This document shows, in pieces, positions 20,151 through 31,331 of a DNA stretch of 64,000 bases. The notes under the pieces are model-generated. The model ran no database searches, was not told the DNA's origin, and saw nothing but the letters and a program-made list of their open reading frames with translations. The translations under genes and the position numbers were made by a program. Origin of the DNA: an uncultured Arcobacteraceae bacterium (lineage in GTDB: Bacteria > Campylobacterota > Campylobacteria > Campylobacterales > Arcobacteraceae); contig CAXHZO010000001.1 of assembly GCA_964022095.1 (NCBI GenBank), positions 160,001 through 224,000 on the forward strand, read 5' to 3'. Numbering within the stretch: position 1 is the stretch's first letter; each line of letters begins with the position of its first letter.

Positions 20151-21366
20151 ATTCACCTCCAATAATAGCTCTATCTATAAATTTTGTATGTAGTATAATA
20201 TTCATTGCTAAATCATCTTTATCTTCAATAGTATCTGGAAGAGTAAAATAAATAATATCAGAATCAAACCCCTGTTTTAATTGGCCCTTATTTAATCCTA
20301 ATGCCTTGGCACCATTAGAAGTTGCGCTAATTAAAAGTTTCTTTGATAAATCAACTACATTTTCTTTAACATGTGTCATTAAAGCATTTCTTAACTCATC
20401 AAACATTGATAAAGAATTATTAGAACTAAGTCCATCTGTTCCAATAGTAATTGGTATATCTTTTATTTTTTCTAAATCTAATTTACTATTATTTAATACT
20501 CTATTTGATGTTACACAATGATTTATATATCCACCTAAGTTTTTAATTTTTTCAATATCATCATCACTTGCTTCAACACAGTGCGTAAATGATAAATTAT
20601 CAATATTCGAAAATTGATTTAAAAACTCCATTGGCTTACTAACAGCTTTTTCTTGTCCTAAAAAATTTTTAAAAAACTCTAAAAAACTACCTTCATCTTT
20701 ATGTAACCATTCAAACTCTTCTGGGGATTCTAAAAAGTGAGCACTAACTGCACATTTATCTTCTCTTGCTATATTTAATACTTCTCTTAATAAAAAAGGA
20801 TGTACTGAATATGGTGAGTGAATTGCAATTGCAGGAATAAAGTTTTTAGAACTTAATTTCTTTATTTGTTTATATCTACTTTTAAAATCACTAAATAAAG
20901 TATCTACCATATCTGGCTTACTACCTATTACTTCACAAAAGAAAACTTTGTTTATTGGAGATTGGCTTAAAGCTTCAAGCTCAAAAGAGTAAGAGGATAT
21001 TGCTCCAATTGTTGTTGTTCCTGTTTTGATCATCTTTTTTATTTTTGAACTGATTAAATCTTTTGTTGCATTTTGAATTAAGTCTTCTCTATTTTTTATA
21101 ACAGAGTTCAACCAATTCATAAAATTACCATATTTTAAAGTAGTACTATTTGCACTAAATTCTAAATGTACATGTGAGTTTATTAATCCGGGCATTAAAA
21201 CAGAGTTTTCCCCTAAAATTTGAATATTTACATTTGGATATTTTTTTTGGATATTTTCTAAAGAGTTTATTTCAATAATTTTTTCATCAAAAACAACAGC
21301 ACCATTTTTAATGATACTATTGTTTTCATCACAAGTTAAAAGCCAGTTTGCACTAACAATTTTCAT
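20143..21366 (-). CDS. Metal-dependent amidohydrolase (aminofutalosine deaminase-like family)
   Basis: PGLINSHVHLE, HSPYS, HFLES and GTDG motifs. Confidence 0.75.
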   Translation of the reverse strand: MKIVSANWLLTCDENNSIIKNGAVVFDEKIIEINSLENIQKKYPNVNIQILGENSVLMPGLINSHVHLEFSANSTTLKYGNFMNWLNSVIKNREDLIQNATKDLISSKIKKMIKTGTTTIGAISSYSFELEALSQSPINKVFFCEVIGSKPDMVDTLFSDFKSRYKQIKKLSSKNFIPAIAIHSPYSVHPFLLREVLNIAREDKCAVSAHFLESPEEFEWLHKDEGSFLEFFKNFLGQEKAVSKPMEFLNQFSNIDNLSFTHCVEASDDDIEKIKNLGGYINHCVTSNRVLNNSKLDLEKIKDIPITIGTDGLSSNNSLSMFDELRNALMTHVKENVVDLSKKLLISATSNGAKALGLNKGQLKQGFDSDIIYFTLPDTIEDKDDLAMNIILHTKFIDRAIIGGEYV

Positions 21367-21837
21367 CTATTCTTGTGGTTCTGAAGCATTTTCAGTTGCT
21401 TTAAGTTCTGCAATAATTTGCATTAAAGCTATTAATCCCATATGGTAACCAAATGGACCAAATCCAGAGATAACACCAGTTGAAGAACCAGCAGTTACAG
21501 ATTTTTGTCTGAACTCTTCTCTTTTATAGATATTAGAAATATGTACTTCTACTGTTGGCATAGATACAGCATTAAGTGCATCTTTAATTGCGATTGAAGT
21601 ATGAGAATATGCGGCTGGATTTATCATAATTCCATCAACTGTTCCTAAACACTCTTGAATTCTATCAACAATCTCACCTTCTAAATTAGATTGAAAGAAC
21701 TCTAATTCAACTCCATTTTGAGCTGCTGCGTTTTTTAGTTGTTCATGGATTTGATCCATTGACATTGGACCATAAATATGTTGTTCTCTAATTCCTAACA
21801 TATTTATATTTGGACCTTGTATTACGGCTATTTTCAT
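21367..21837 (-). CDS. aroQ: Type II 3-dehydroquinate dehydratase
   Basis: [20 protein letters not shown] and EVHISN motifs. Confidence 0.95.
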   Translation of the reverse strand: MKIAVIQGPNINMLGIREQHIYGPMSMDQIHEQLKNAAAQNGVELEFFQSNLEGEIVDRIQECLGTVDGIMINPAAYSHTSIAIKDALNAVSMPTVEVHISNIYKREEFRQKSVTAGSSTGVISGFGPFGYHMGLIALMQIIAELKATENASEPQE

Positions 21838-21913
21838 ATTATATTCCTTTTATAAAATTTAGGTAAGATTATAATTAAATTTATGTTAAACAATACCAAA
21901 TAAGAGGTTTTTT

Positions 21914-22939
21914 ATGAAAAATTTTATATTACAAAATGAAAATGCAATATATTATGAGTGTGGATTTTCTTGTGACAATGTTATATTCTTAAAACTAGAA
22001 AATGATAAATATTTTATTACAGATGCTAGATATACTATTGAAGCAAAAGAGTATGCCAAAAATTGTGAGGTTATTGAATCAAGTAATTTAATACAAACAG
22101 CAAAAGAGATTTTAAAAAAGAATAAAATTAAAAAAATAAATTTTGACCCAAATGATTTTAAATACTCAACTTATAAAAGTTTAAATGATGATACAAAAAC
22201 TCAGTTTATTGAAAAGCCGAATTTTTCAAAATTAAAAAGAGCTATAAAAAGTGATGAAGAGATTGGATACTTAAAAAAAGCTGCCAAGTTAGGTAGAAAA
22301 GGATTTAAAGAATTTGCTAAATATATCCAAAAAAATGGTTTAGGAAAAACAGAAGAGTTTTTATTTTTCAAAGCTTTAGAAAAGATGACACAAGTTGGAA
22401 AACTAGATGTTAGTTTTAATCCAATAGTAGCTATAAATAAAAATGCTGCTAAACCTCATGCACTACCTACTTCAAAAAAACTAAAGTTAAATGATTTACT
22501 TTTAGTTGATGCAGGAGTTAAATACAAAAGGTACTGTTCAGATAGAACTTGTACTTCTGTTGCAAATTTTGAAAAATTTAATTTTAAAAGAGAACAAAAC
22601 TTTAAAAAGAAAAAACATCAAAAAATTTATGACCTAGTTTATAAAGCACAATTAAATGCAATACAAAATGCAAAAGTTGGAATGAAAGCTAAAGATATTG
22701 ATAATCTAACTAGAAGTGTAATTGATAAAGCAGGTTATGGTAAATACTTTGTACACTCTACTGGTCATGGTGTTGGACTTGATATACATGAATTTCCATT
22801 TATAAACTCTAAAAGTGATGTTATTATTGAAGATAACATGGTCTTTACAATAGAACCTGGAATTTATTTACCAGATGAGTTTGGAGTTAGAATAGAAGAC
22901 ACAATTGTGATGAAAAATGGAAAAGCTGTAATTTTATAA
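21914..22939 (+). CDS. Xaa-Pro aminopeptidase (M24 family)
   Basis: DAGVKYKRYCSDRT, HSTGHGVGLDIHE, TIEPGIY and GVRIED motifs. Confidence 0.92.
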   Translation: MKNFILQNENAIYYECGFSCDNVIFLKLENDKYFITDARYTIEAKEYAKNCEVIESSNLIQTAKEILKKNKIKKINFDPNDFKYSTYKSLNDDTKTQFIEKPNFSKLKRAIKSDEEIGYLKKAAKLGRKGFKEFAKYIQKNGLGKTEEFLFFKALEKMTQVGKLDVSFNPIVAINKNAAKPHALPTSKKLKLNDLLLVDAGVKYKRYCSDRTCTSVANFEKFNFKREQNFKKKKHQKIYDLVYKAQLNAIQNAKVGMKAKDIDNLTRSVIDKAGYGKYFVHSTGHGVGLDIHEFPFINSKSDVIIEDNMVFTIEPGIYLPDEFGVRIEDTIVMKNGKAVIL

Positions 22940-22943
22940 AAAT

Positions 22944-23435
22944 ATGAAAAAAAAATTAACTAAAAAATTAACACTTTTTTATACACCAAACTTTCCTAAA
23001 GAATTCAATACTTACTCAAATAAAAAACATTATGTAACTATTGGTATTGGGGGAAATATGGGAAATACAAAAAGAATCTTTGATAAATTAATCTTATGCT
23101 TAAAAAAAGATTCAAGATTTACTTTACTTATAACTTCACCTTTATTAAAAAATCCTCCATTTGGATTTTTAGAACAAAGTGATTTTTTAAATGGTATAAT
23201 CGCGCTTAAAACTAATCTAGCTCCTCATGATTTTTTGAAAAACATGCAAAGACTAGAAAAAAGATTTGGAAGAAAGCGATCCTTTCAAGATGCGCCTAGA
23301 ACTCTAGATATAGATATAATATTTTTTGATAAGAAAAAAATAAATACGAAGGACCTTATAGTTCCTCATAAAGACTGGGCAAATAGAGAATCGGTGATTA
23401 TTCCTTTAGAAGAGATGAAAAGGATAAATAAATGA
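22944..23435 (+). CDS. folK: 2-amino-4-hydroxy-6-hydroxymethyldihydropteridine diphosphokinase
   Basis: IGIGGNMG, PRTLDIDI and LIVPH motifs. Confidence 0.92.
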   Translation: MKKKLTKKLTLFYTPNFPKEFNTYSNKKHYVTIGIGGNMGNTKRIFDKLILCLKKDSRFTLLITSPLLKNPPFGFLEQSDFLNGIIALKTNLAPHDFLKNMQRLEKRFGRKRSFQDAPRTLDIDIIFFDKKKINTKDLIVPHKDWANRESVIIPLEEMKRINK

Positions 23436-24529
23436 AGAAAAAAGTAGTTGTTGGAATGTCTGGTGGAGTTGATTCATCTGTTACTGCACTTTTATTAAAA
23501 CAACAAGGCTATGATGTAGTAGGCTTATTTATGCGAAATTGGGAATATGGAATTAAAGGTAGCCAATGTCCTAATCGTATAGAATTTGAAGATGCAAAAA
23601 AAGTTGGTGAACTTATTGGAATTGAAGTAAAAGGTAAAGACTTTGTTGAAGAGTACAGAACTAAAGTATTTGATGTATTTTTAGAAGGCCTAAAAAAAGG
23701 TCTTACTCCAAATCCAGATATTCTATGTAATAGAGAAATCAAATTCAATGTATTTTTAAATGAAGCTAAAAAAATGGGTGCTGATATGATTGCAACTGGT
23801 CATTATGCAAAAATTGCTAAAGTAAATAATCATTTCGTACTTGATACACCAAAAGATAGTTCAAAAGATCAAAGTTACTTTTTACATGCCTTATCAAGTG
23901 AACAATTAAGCCATGCTATGTTCCCACTTGGAGATTTAACTAAAACAGAAGTTAGAGAAATGGCAAGAGAACATAACCTTCCTGTTAGTGATAAAAAAGA
24001 TAGTACTGGTATTTGTTTTATTGGAAATCAAAGATTTGATGATTTTATTACACAACACCTAAAAGCAATTCCAGGTGATATGATTGATGAGAATGGAAAA
24101 GTTTTAGGAAAACACAAGGGTCTTATTTGTTACACACTAGGTCAAAGAAAAGGTATTGGTCTTGGTGGTATTAAAGGGAATGAAGGTGAAAACAATACTC
24201 ACAAATCATGGTATGCAGCTAAAAAAGATGTTGAAAACAACACTTTAACAGTTGTTCAAGATACAAACCATCCTTTATTAATGAGTGAACACACTGAAGC
24301 TAGTCATATGCATTGGGTTTTAGAAGAAGCACCAAAAGTTGGTGATAAACTAATGGCACAAGTAAGATATAGACAGCAAAAACAAGCTTGTACAGTGGTA
24401 GAAGCTTCTAATGATAAAGTAATTGTTAAATTTGACACTCCTCAAAGAGCAGTTACTTTAGGTCAAAGTCTTGTTTTATACGATGGTGATTATTGTCTTG
24501 GTGGTGGCTTTATTAGTGACTATTACTAA
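23432..24529 (+). CDS. mnmA: tRNA 2-thiouridylase MnmA, DxxC-type
   Basis: GMSGGVDS, PNPDILCN, ATGHY, KDQSYFL and KKDSTGICFIG motifs. Confidence 0.92.
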   Translation: MKKKVVVGMSGGVDSSVTALLLKQQGYDVVGLFMRNWEYGIKGSQCPNRIEFEDAKKVGELIGIEVKGKDFVEEYRTKVFDVFLEGLKKGLTPNPDILCNREIKFNVFLNEAKKMGADMIATGHYAKIAKVNNHFVLDTPKDSSKDQSYFLHALSSEQLSHAMFPLGDLTKTEVREMAREHNLPVSDKKDSTGICFIGNQRFDDFITQHLKAIPGDMIDENGKVLGKHKGLICYTLGQRKGIGLGGIKGNEGENNTHKSWYAAKKDVENNTLTVVQDTNHPLLMSEHTEASHMHWVLEEAPKVGDKLMAQVRYRQQKQACTVVEASNDKVIVKFDTPQRAVTLGQSLVLYDGDYCLGGGFISDYY

Positions 24530-24530
24530 A

Positions 24531-25562
24531 ATGAAAAAAGTTATGGTAGGCATGAGTGGTGGTATTGATTCATCAGTTACTGCTTACATGCTACAAGAAG
24601 AAGGTTATGAAGTTGAAGGTTGTTACTTAAAACTTCATAACAGAAATGATGGATACCATGAAAAGAACTTATCTTACATCAAAGATGTAGCTGAATTTCT
24701 AAATATTAAATATCACGTTTTAGATTTAGCAGATGATTTTACTAAAGAAGTTTATGATTATTTTGTAGATTCATATTTAGAAGGTACTACTCCAAATCCA
24801 TGTGTAAAATGTAATAGACAAATTAAATTTGGTGCAATGTTAGATTTTGCTAAAAGCCATGGTGCACAATATTTAGCAACAGGACATTATGCTAAAACAG
24901 ATGGAAAGTTTTTCTATGAAGCTGATGATAAAACAAAAGATCAAAGCTACTTCTTATCCCAAGTAAGCCCTGAGGCACTTCCTCATATGATGTTTCCATT
25001 AAGTACATACAAAAAAGAAGATATTGTTAAATTTGGTGCTAAACTTGATATTGCTTTTAAGAAAATTACAGAAAAAAACGAATCCCAAGAAATCTGTTTT
25101 GTTGAGACTGTTTATACTGATGTAATTAAAAGACATGCAAATATTGACAAGCCTGGAAAAGTATTAAATGAAGAGGGGAAAGTTGTAGGTGAACATAAAG
25201 GTTATGCTCATTATACAATTGGTAAGAGAAGAGGCTTTACAGTTTATGGAGCACAAGAACCTCACTTTGTTACGAAATTAAATCCAAAAGATAACACAAT
25301 TACTGTAGGTAAAAAAACTGCATTAGAAGTAAATGAAGTTATTGCAAATAATATAAATATGTTTATTGAAGATAAAGATTTTTCATGTACAGTAAAACTT
25401 AGATATAGAACAAATTCAACACCATGTTATGTAAAGATTGAAGATGATAAAGTAACTATAAAATTAAAACAACCCGTTTTAGGAGTAGCAGCAGGTCAAC
25501 TAGCAGTATTCTATGATGAACAAAAAGTTATCGGTAGTGCATTTATCCAAAGTGCAAAATAA
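24531..25562 (+). CDS. mnmA: tRNA 2-thiouridylase MnmA, CxxC-type
   Basis: GMSGGIDS, PNPCVKCN, ATGHY and ESQEICF motifs; probable ATG at 24531, 1 nt after the first paralog's stop. Confidence 0.9.
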   Translation: MKKVMVGMSGGIDSSVTAYMLQEEGYEVEGCYLKLHNRNDGYHEKNLSYIKDVAEFLNIKYHVLDLADDFTKEVYDYFVDSYLEGTTPNPCVKCNRQIKFGAMLDFAKSHGAQYLATGHYAKTDGKFFYEADDKTKDQSYFLSQVSPEALPHMMFPLSTYKKEDIVKFGAKLDIAFKKITEKNESQEICFVETVYTDVIKRHANIDKPGKVLNEEGKVVGEHKGYAHYTIGKRRGFTVYGAQEPHFVTKLNPKDNTITVGKKTALEVNEVIANNINMFIEDKDFSCTVKLRYRTNSTPCYVKIEDDKVTIKLKQPVLGVAAGQLAVFYDEQKVIGSAFIQSAK

Positions 25563-25646
25563 CTTTTAAAGAGATTTTTTAACTTAATATTACTTAAGTA
25601 GCTATTGGATAAAATACAACAATCAATAAACCCCAAGGAAATTTTT

Positions 25647-26579
25647 ATGTCTACATTCAAACTTTTTAGTGGTTCAGCAAACCCTGAATTCGCAATAAAA
25701 GTAGCACAGTACTTAAGTATGAAAGTATCAGGTGCAACATTAAATAAATTTAGTGATGGTGAAATATCTGCACAAATTACAGAAAGCGTTAGAGGTCTTG
25801 ATGTATTTATTATTCAACCAACATGTGCCCCTGCAAATGACAACTTAATGGAGCTATTAATTATGGTTGATGCACTTAAAAGATCAAGTGCAAAATCTAT
25901 TTCTGCTGTTATTCCATACTATGGCTATGCAAGACAAGATAGAAAAGCAGCTCCGAGAGTTCCAATTACTGCTAAATTAACAGCTGACTTATTAGAAGCT
26001 GCTGGAATTTCAAGAGTTGTGACAATTGACTTACATGCCGCACAAATTCAAGGATTCTTTAATATTCCTGCTGATAACTTATTTGGTTCAATTTTATTTG
26101 TAAACTATATTAAAACTAAAAAGTTGAAAAACCCAATTATTGCAAGTCCTGATATTGGTGGTGTGGCAAGAGCTAGATCTTATGCAGATAAATTAGGTTA
26201 TGACTTAGTAATTGTAGATAAAAAAAGAGAAAAAGCAAATGTATCTGAAGTTATGAATATCATTGGAGAAGTTAAAGGTAAAGATGTAATTTTAGTTGAT
26301 GATATGGTAGATACTGCTGGTACTTTAGTAAAAGCTGCTGAAGTATTAAAGAAAAAAGGTGCTAATTCAGTTATGGCATGTTGTACGCATGGTGTATTAA
26401 GTGGTCCAGCTTATGATAGAATTGAAAAAGGTGAATTAGACGAACTAGTAGTATCAGATACAATTCCTGTAAAAGAAAATGCTAAGAAAATCACAGTGTT
26501 AACAGCTTCTACAATGATAGGTGAAACTATCAGAAGAATTCATAATAATGAATCTGTTAACTCAATTTTTATTGCTTAA
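25647..26579 (+). CDS. prs: Ribose-phosphate pyrophosphokinase
   Basis: FSDGE, YGYARQDRK, DLHAAQIQGFF and VDDMVDTAGT motifs. Confidence 0.97.
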   Translation: MSTFKLFSGSANPEFAIKVAQYLSMKVSGATLNKFSDGEISAQITESVRGLDVFIIQPTCAPANDNLMELLIMVDALKRSSAKSISAVIPYYGYARQDRKAAPRVPITAKLTADLLEAAGISRVVTIDLHAAQIQGFFNIPADNLFGSILFVNYIKTKKLKNPIIASPDIGGVARARSYADKLGYDLVIVDKKREKANVSEVMNIIGEVKGKDVILVDDMVDTAGTLVKAAEVLKKKGANSVMACCTHGVLSGPAYDRIEKGELDELVVSDTIPVKENAKKITVLTASTMIGETIRRIHNNESVNSIFIA

Positions 26580-26639
26580 TAATAAAATTAAATATTTTTA
26601 GCTATAATGTCCAAAATTATTAATCCAAAAAGGAAAAAA

Positions 26640-27662
26640 ATGAAAAAATTAATATTATCATCAGTAGTATGTGCATCAATGATGTTCGCTGCAAGTGACT
26701 ATAAATACGAAATTACACCAATGGTTGGTGGAACTTATACAGAAGGTAACTTAGGTTTAGAAAGAGATTACGTTAATGCTGGTTTATCTTTAGGGTTCAA
26801 TATAGATAACTCAATTTTTGATCAAATTGAATTAGGTTTCTTAAGATCAGTTGAAGACGTAGAGTTTGCAGATGTAGCAAATAGAGACACTGGTGTAACT
26901 AGAACATTTGCTAATGTTATTAAAGATTATCCATTAACTTCAAACTTATCAGCTTATGCATTATTAGGTGCAGGTGTTGAATTTTTTGATGATGAATACT
27001 TAAATAATAAAGATGGTATTTTTGCTAACTATGGTGCTGGTTTAAAATATAAATTAGCAGAGCAATTATCTCTAAAATTCGATGTTAGACATGCTGTTTC
27101 TTTCGAAGGTTCAGATAACAACTTATTATACAACTTAGGATTTGCAATTCCATTTGGTGAAGTGGCTAAGCCTGCTCCAGCTCCAGTTGTAGTTAAACCA
27201 GCTCCAGTTGTTCAACCAACTCCTGTTGTGGCTCCAATAGATAGTGATGCTGATGGTGTTGCTGATGTTAAAGACAAATGTCCTAATACTATTAAAGGTG
27301 CAGAAGTTGATATGAATGGATGTATGACATTAGTTAACTTAAACATTAACTTTGATACTGATTCTTCAGTAATTAAACCATCATATGACTCTAAATTAGA
27401 AGCATTTGCTAAAATGATGAAGACTAATACTAAATTAAAAGCTACAATTGAAGCACATACTGACTCTGTTGGTTCAAAAGCTTATAACCAAAAATTATCT
27501 GAAAAAAGAGCGGCATCTACAATTGAAGCTTTAAAAGCTTTAGATGTTGATACTTCAAGATTAAACTCTGTTGGTTATGGTGAAACTAAACCAGTTGCAT
27601 CTAACATGACTAAAGAAGGTAGAGCTCAAAACAGAAGAGTTCACGCAGTAGTAAATAAATAA
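26640..27662 (+). CDS. OmpA-family outer membrane protein (CadF-like), copy 1
   Basis: Signal peptide, beta-barrel, Pro-rich linker, DSDADGV..DKCP repeat, OmpA_C domain (EAHTD, RAQNRRV). Confidence 0.88.
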   Translation: MKKLILSSVVCASMMFAASDYKYEITPMVGGTYTEGNLGLERDYVNAGLSLGFNIDNSIFDQIELGFLRSVEDVEFADVANRDTGVTRTFANVIKDYPLTSNLSAYALLGAGVEFFDDEYLNNKDGIFANYGAGLKYKLAEQLSLKFDVRHAVSFEGSDNNLLYNLGFAIPFGEVAKPAPAPVVVKPAPVVQPTPVVAPIDSDADGVADVKDKCPNTIKGAEVDMNGCMTLVNLNINFDTDSSVIKPSYDSKLEAFAKMMKTNTKLKATIEAHTDSVGSKAYNQKLSEKRAASTIEALKALDVDTSRLNSVGYGETKPVASNMTKEGRAQNRRVHAVVNK

Positions 27663-27672
27663 TTTAAACAAA

Positions 27673-27702
27673 AAAAAGATAGGCAATTTTGCCTATCTTT
27701 TT
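27673..27702 (+). terminator. Intrinsic terminator
   Basis: AAAAGATAGGCAA-TT-TTGCCTATCTTTT. Confidence 0.75.
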
Positions 27703-27814
27703 ACTTCAAAAATAAATATTTCTAAAACTTATATACTTTTTATCCCATTTAATTTGTAATTAAACCCTTTTTTCGTTATAATCTAAAAAATTATTAAACA
27801 TAAGGATTATAGTA

Positions 27815-28933
27815 ATGAAAAAAATTCTTCTTACTTCTGCATTTTGTGCTTCTTTAGTATTTGCAGCTAGTTCTCCAAGTAGTGACTACGCGTATGAATT
27901 AACACCATTTGCATCAGGAATTTTAAGTGATAGTAATATCAACTTAAATGCAGACAACTACGTTAACGCTGGTATTTCTTTAGCTAAAAATTTAGATTAT
28001 AAATATATTGATCAAGTTGAATTAGCTTTTATGAGAAGTGATAGTTTAGACTACAAAGGTGGAGGAACTGGTAATACTAATGTAAATAGATTCTTCTTAA
28101 ATGCTGTAAAAAAATACCCATTAACTGAGAAATTATCAGCTTATGGTTTAGCTGGACTTGGATATCAAGATGTATCTCAAGAAATCAGTGGTCATGATGA
28201 TGGTGCAATTTTAAACTATGGTTTAGGTTTAAGATATGATTTACCTTATTATGGAATTGCATTAAAAGGTGATGTTAGACACTTATATGCAGTAGAAGAG
28301 ACACAAAATGATTTCATGTATACTTTAGGTCTTGGAATGCCATTAGGTAAAAAATACAGTGAAACTATTGCTCCTGTTGTACCAAAAATTGCTACTCCTA
28401 TTGCTCCTGTAGTTGATGGTGATGATGATAATGATGGAGTATTAAACTCTAAAGATTTATGTCCAAATACATCTCCTGGAACAATTGTTGATGAAAATGG
28501 ATGTGAATTAGATGATGATAAAGATGGTATTGTAAATAGATTAGACAAATGTCCTAATACATCAGAAGGGGTTAAAGTAAATACAGATGGTTGTGTAAAC
28601 ACAGTAAACTTAAATATTAACTTTGATACAAATTCAGCAAACATTAAAGGTGCATATAATTCAGATTTAGAAGCGTTTGCTCAAATGATGAAAGCTAATC
28701 CAAAAGTAAATGCAGTAATTGAAGCTCATACAGATTCAAAAGGTTCTGAGTCTTATAACTTAAAACTATCAGAAAAAAGAGCAACATCTGCAGTTAATGC
28801 GCTTAAAGCATTAAATATTGATGAAACAAGACTACAATCAATTGGTTATGGTGAAACTCAACCAATTGCTACAAATGATACAGCTGAAGGTAGAGCAGCA
28901 AATAGAAGAGTTACTGGTTTAATTAATCAATAA
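27815..28933 (+). CDS. OmpA-family outer membrane protein (CadF-like), copy 2
   Basis: Same architecture as copy 1 with two thrombospondin type 3-like DxDxDG..DxCP repeats. Confidence 0.88.
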   Translation: MKKILLTSAFCASLVFAASSPSSDYAYELTPFASGILSDSNINLNADNYVNAGISLAKNLDYKYIDQVELAFMRSDSLDYKGGGTGNTNVNRFFLNAVKKYPLTEKLSAYGLAGLGYQDVSQEISGHDDGAILNYGLGLRYDLPYYGIALKGDVRHLYAVEETQNDFMYTLGLGMPLGKKYSETIAPVVPKIATPIAPVVDGDDDNDGVLNSKDLCPNTSPGTIVDENGCELDDDKDGIVNRLDKCPNTSEGVKVNTDGCVNTVNLNINFDTNSANIKGAYNSDLEAFAQMMKANPKVNAVIEAHTDSKGSESYNLKLSEKRATSAVNALKALNIDETRLQSIGYGETQPIATNDTAEGRAANRRVTGLINQ

Positions 28934-28941
28934 TCCTTACT

Positions 28942-28978
28942 TAAAGATTTAGGTTTTTCCTAAATCTTTATACTTTTT
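28942..28978 (+). terminator. Intrinsic terminator
   Basis: TAAAGATTTAGG-TTTTT-CCTAAATCTTTA followed by a T-rich tail. Confidence 0.7.
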
Positions 28979-29060
28979 TCTTACAAAAATCTTCTTAACA
29001 TAGAACTTACAATTTTTTAGATATAATCGCGTATAAATATTAAAATACGTTAGGATTTAA

Positions 29061-30848
29061 ATGCAAAAAAATATTAGAAACTTTAGTATTATTGCACATA
29101 TTGATCATGGAAAATCAACATTAGCAGATAGAATTATTCAAGAATGTGGAGCAGTAACAGATAGAGAACTATCTTCACAAATGATGGATACAATGGATAT
29201 CGAACAAGAAAGAGGTATCACTATTAAAGCACAAAGTGTTCGATTAAAATATGTGAAAGATGGTGAAACATATGTATTAAATCTAATTGACACTCCAGGT
29301 CACGTTGACTTTTCTTACGAAGTTAGTAGATCTTTAGCATCATCAGAAGGTGCACTTTTAATTGTAGATTCAACTCAAGGTGTTGAAGCACAAACAATTG
29401 CAAATGTTTACATAGCACTTGATAATGACTTAGAATTATTACCAGTTGTAAATAAAATTGATTTACCTAGTGCTGATCCTATGAGAGTTTTAGAAGAGAC
29501 TGAAGAGGCAATTGGATTAGACTGTACTGAACACAACTTAATCTCTGCAAAAACCGGTCTTGGAGTTAAAGATTTAATTGATTCTATTGTAGATAGAGTT
29601 CCTGCACCACAAGGGGATGAAGATGCTCCTACAAAAGCACTTATTTATGATTCATGGTTTGATAACTATTTAGGAGCTCTTGCTCTTGTTAGAGTTTATG
29701 AAGGAAGCATCAAAAAAGGCCAAATGCTTAAGATGATGAACACAAAAGTTGAGCATCCAGTTCTTAATTTAATGTATCCTCATCCTATTAAGAGAGAACA
29801 AACTCCTGAAATACAAACAGGTGAAATTGGTATTGTTGTTTTAGGTCTTAAGACACTTGATGGAATTGCAGTTGGTGATACAATGACTGATGCAAAAAAT
29901 CCAACTAAGATAGCAATTGATGGTTTTGAACCAGCTAAGCCATTTGTATTTGCAGGACTTTATCCAATTGAAACTGATAAATTTGAAGACTTAAGAGAAG
30001 CATTAACAAAACTTCAATTAAATGATTCATCTATTTCATTTGAGCCTGAAAGTTCAGCTGCACTTGGAAGTGGATTTAGAGCAGGTTTTTTAGGAATGCT
30101 ACATATGGAAGTTATTAAAGAAAGATTAGAAAGAGAATTCAATCTTGATTTAATTGCTACTGCACCAACTGTTGTTTATGAAGTATTAAAGAAAGATGGT
30201 GAGAAAATCACTATTCAAAACCCATCAGAATTACCTGAACCAAACCATATTGAAACTATTTTTGAACCATATGTAAAAGCTACAATTTTAGTTCCCGATG
30301 AGTTTTTAGGAAACTGTATTAAACTTCTAAATGACAAAAGAGGAATCCAAAATAAAATGGATTATTTAGGTAAAAGAGTTTTACTTGATTATGATATTCC
30401 AATGAATGAAATTGTAATGGACTTTTATGATAAATTAAAATCTACTACAAAAGGTTATGCATCATTTGATTATGAACCAATTGGTTTTAGAGAAGGTGTT
30501 TTACAAAAACTAGATATTAAAGTTGCAGGAGAAGTTGTTGATGCATTATCAATTATTGTTCCAGAAAATAAAGCTTTATCAAAAGGTAGAGAGTTTATTA
30601 AAGCCTTAAAAGAGTTAATTCCAAGACAACTTTTTGAAGTTGCAGTACAAGCTAGTATTGGGTCAAATATTATTGCTAGAGAAACTGTAAAATCAACTGG
30701 TAAAAACGTAACTGCAAAATGTTATGGTGGTGATATTACAAGAAAAAGAAAACTTTTAGAGAAACAAAAAGCTGGTAAAAAAAGAATGAAAGCTATTGGT
30801 AAAGTGAATGTACCGCAAGAAGCTTTTATGGCTGTATTGAAGATATAA
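29061..30848 (+). CDS. lepA: Elongation factor 4
   Basis: [28 protein letters not shown] and [18 protein letters not shown] motifs. Confidence 0.98.
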   Translation: MQKNIRNFSIIAHIDHGKSTLADRIIQECGAVTDRELSSQMMDTMDIEQERGITIKAQSVRLKYVKDGETYVLNLIDTPGHVDFSYEVSRSLASSEGALLIVDSTQGVEAQTIANVYIALDNDLELLPVVNKIDLPSADPMRVLEETEEAIGLDCTEHNLISAKTGLGVKDLIDSIVDRVPAPQGDEDAPTKALIYDSWFDNYLGALALVRVYEGSIKKGQMLKMMNTKVEHPVLNLMYPHPIKREQTPEIQTGEIGIVVLGLKTLDGIAVGDTMTDAKNPTKIAIDGFEPAKPFVFAGLYPIETDKFEDLREALTKLQLNDSSISFEPESSAALGSGFRAGFLGMLHMEVIKERLEREFNLDLIATAPTVVYEVLKKDGEKITIQNPSELPEPNHIETIFEPYVKATILVPDEFLGNCIKLLNDKRGIQNKMDYLGKRVLLDYDIPMNEIVMDFYDKLKSTTKGYASFDYEPIGFREGVLQKLDIKVAGEVVDALSIIVPENKALSKGREFIKALKELIPRQLFEVAVQASIGSNIIARETVKSTGKNVTAKCYGGDITRKRKLLEKQKAGKKRMKAIGKVNVPQEAFMAVLKI

Positions 30849-30862
30849 TATCTTCAATGCAA

Positions 30863-31294
30863 CTATTTATTTTCATATTTTTCTTTATATTTTTTAAGAA
30901 CTTTCAAACCTATTTCTTCTCCCCATTTTTCGCCAATAATTCTAGATTCATTGAATACTTTTCCTTGATTTGATACAAACTTCTTCCCCGAATCACTTTC
31001 ATAAAATTCTATTGCTCTTAAAATATCTTCATTAGAAAAATATTTTTTATATACTGGAATAATTTTTGTTACAATTTCATCTGAATCTACTTCTTTTAAA
31101 ACATCGTCCCAAAATTCATTAGGTACACTGGGGTCCATCTTTTTAAAATATGAACTCAATTGTTTCATAAAAAGCATTGACATATCTTTTGCACCTGTAA
31201 TTTCCATAAGTCTTTTTACATTTGCATCTTCTGCAGGCTCTGCAAAAGAAATTGTAGAAAGAACTGATAATATTATTATTGATTTTTTAAACAT
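30863..31294 (-). CDS. Secreted DUF2059-family protein
   Basis: Signal peptide; YKKYFSNEDI..AIEFYESDSGKK motif. Confidence 0.7.
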   Translation of the reverse strand: MFKKSIIILSVLSTISFAEPAEDANVKRLMEITGAKDMSMLFMKQLSSYFKKMDPSVPNEFWDDVLKEVDSDEIVTKIIPVYKKYFSNEDILRAIEFYESDSGKKFVSNQGKVFNESRIIGEKWGEEIGLKVLKKYKEKYENK

Positions 31295-31331
31295 TTATTT
31301 TCCTTTTTAAGTTATTATTATATAATTTAAA

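Noticed and set aside
24471-24530. Hydrophobic N-terminal extension of the second MnmA
   Set aside because: It overlaps the first mnmA; the conserved MKKV..GMSGG start is at 24531.
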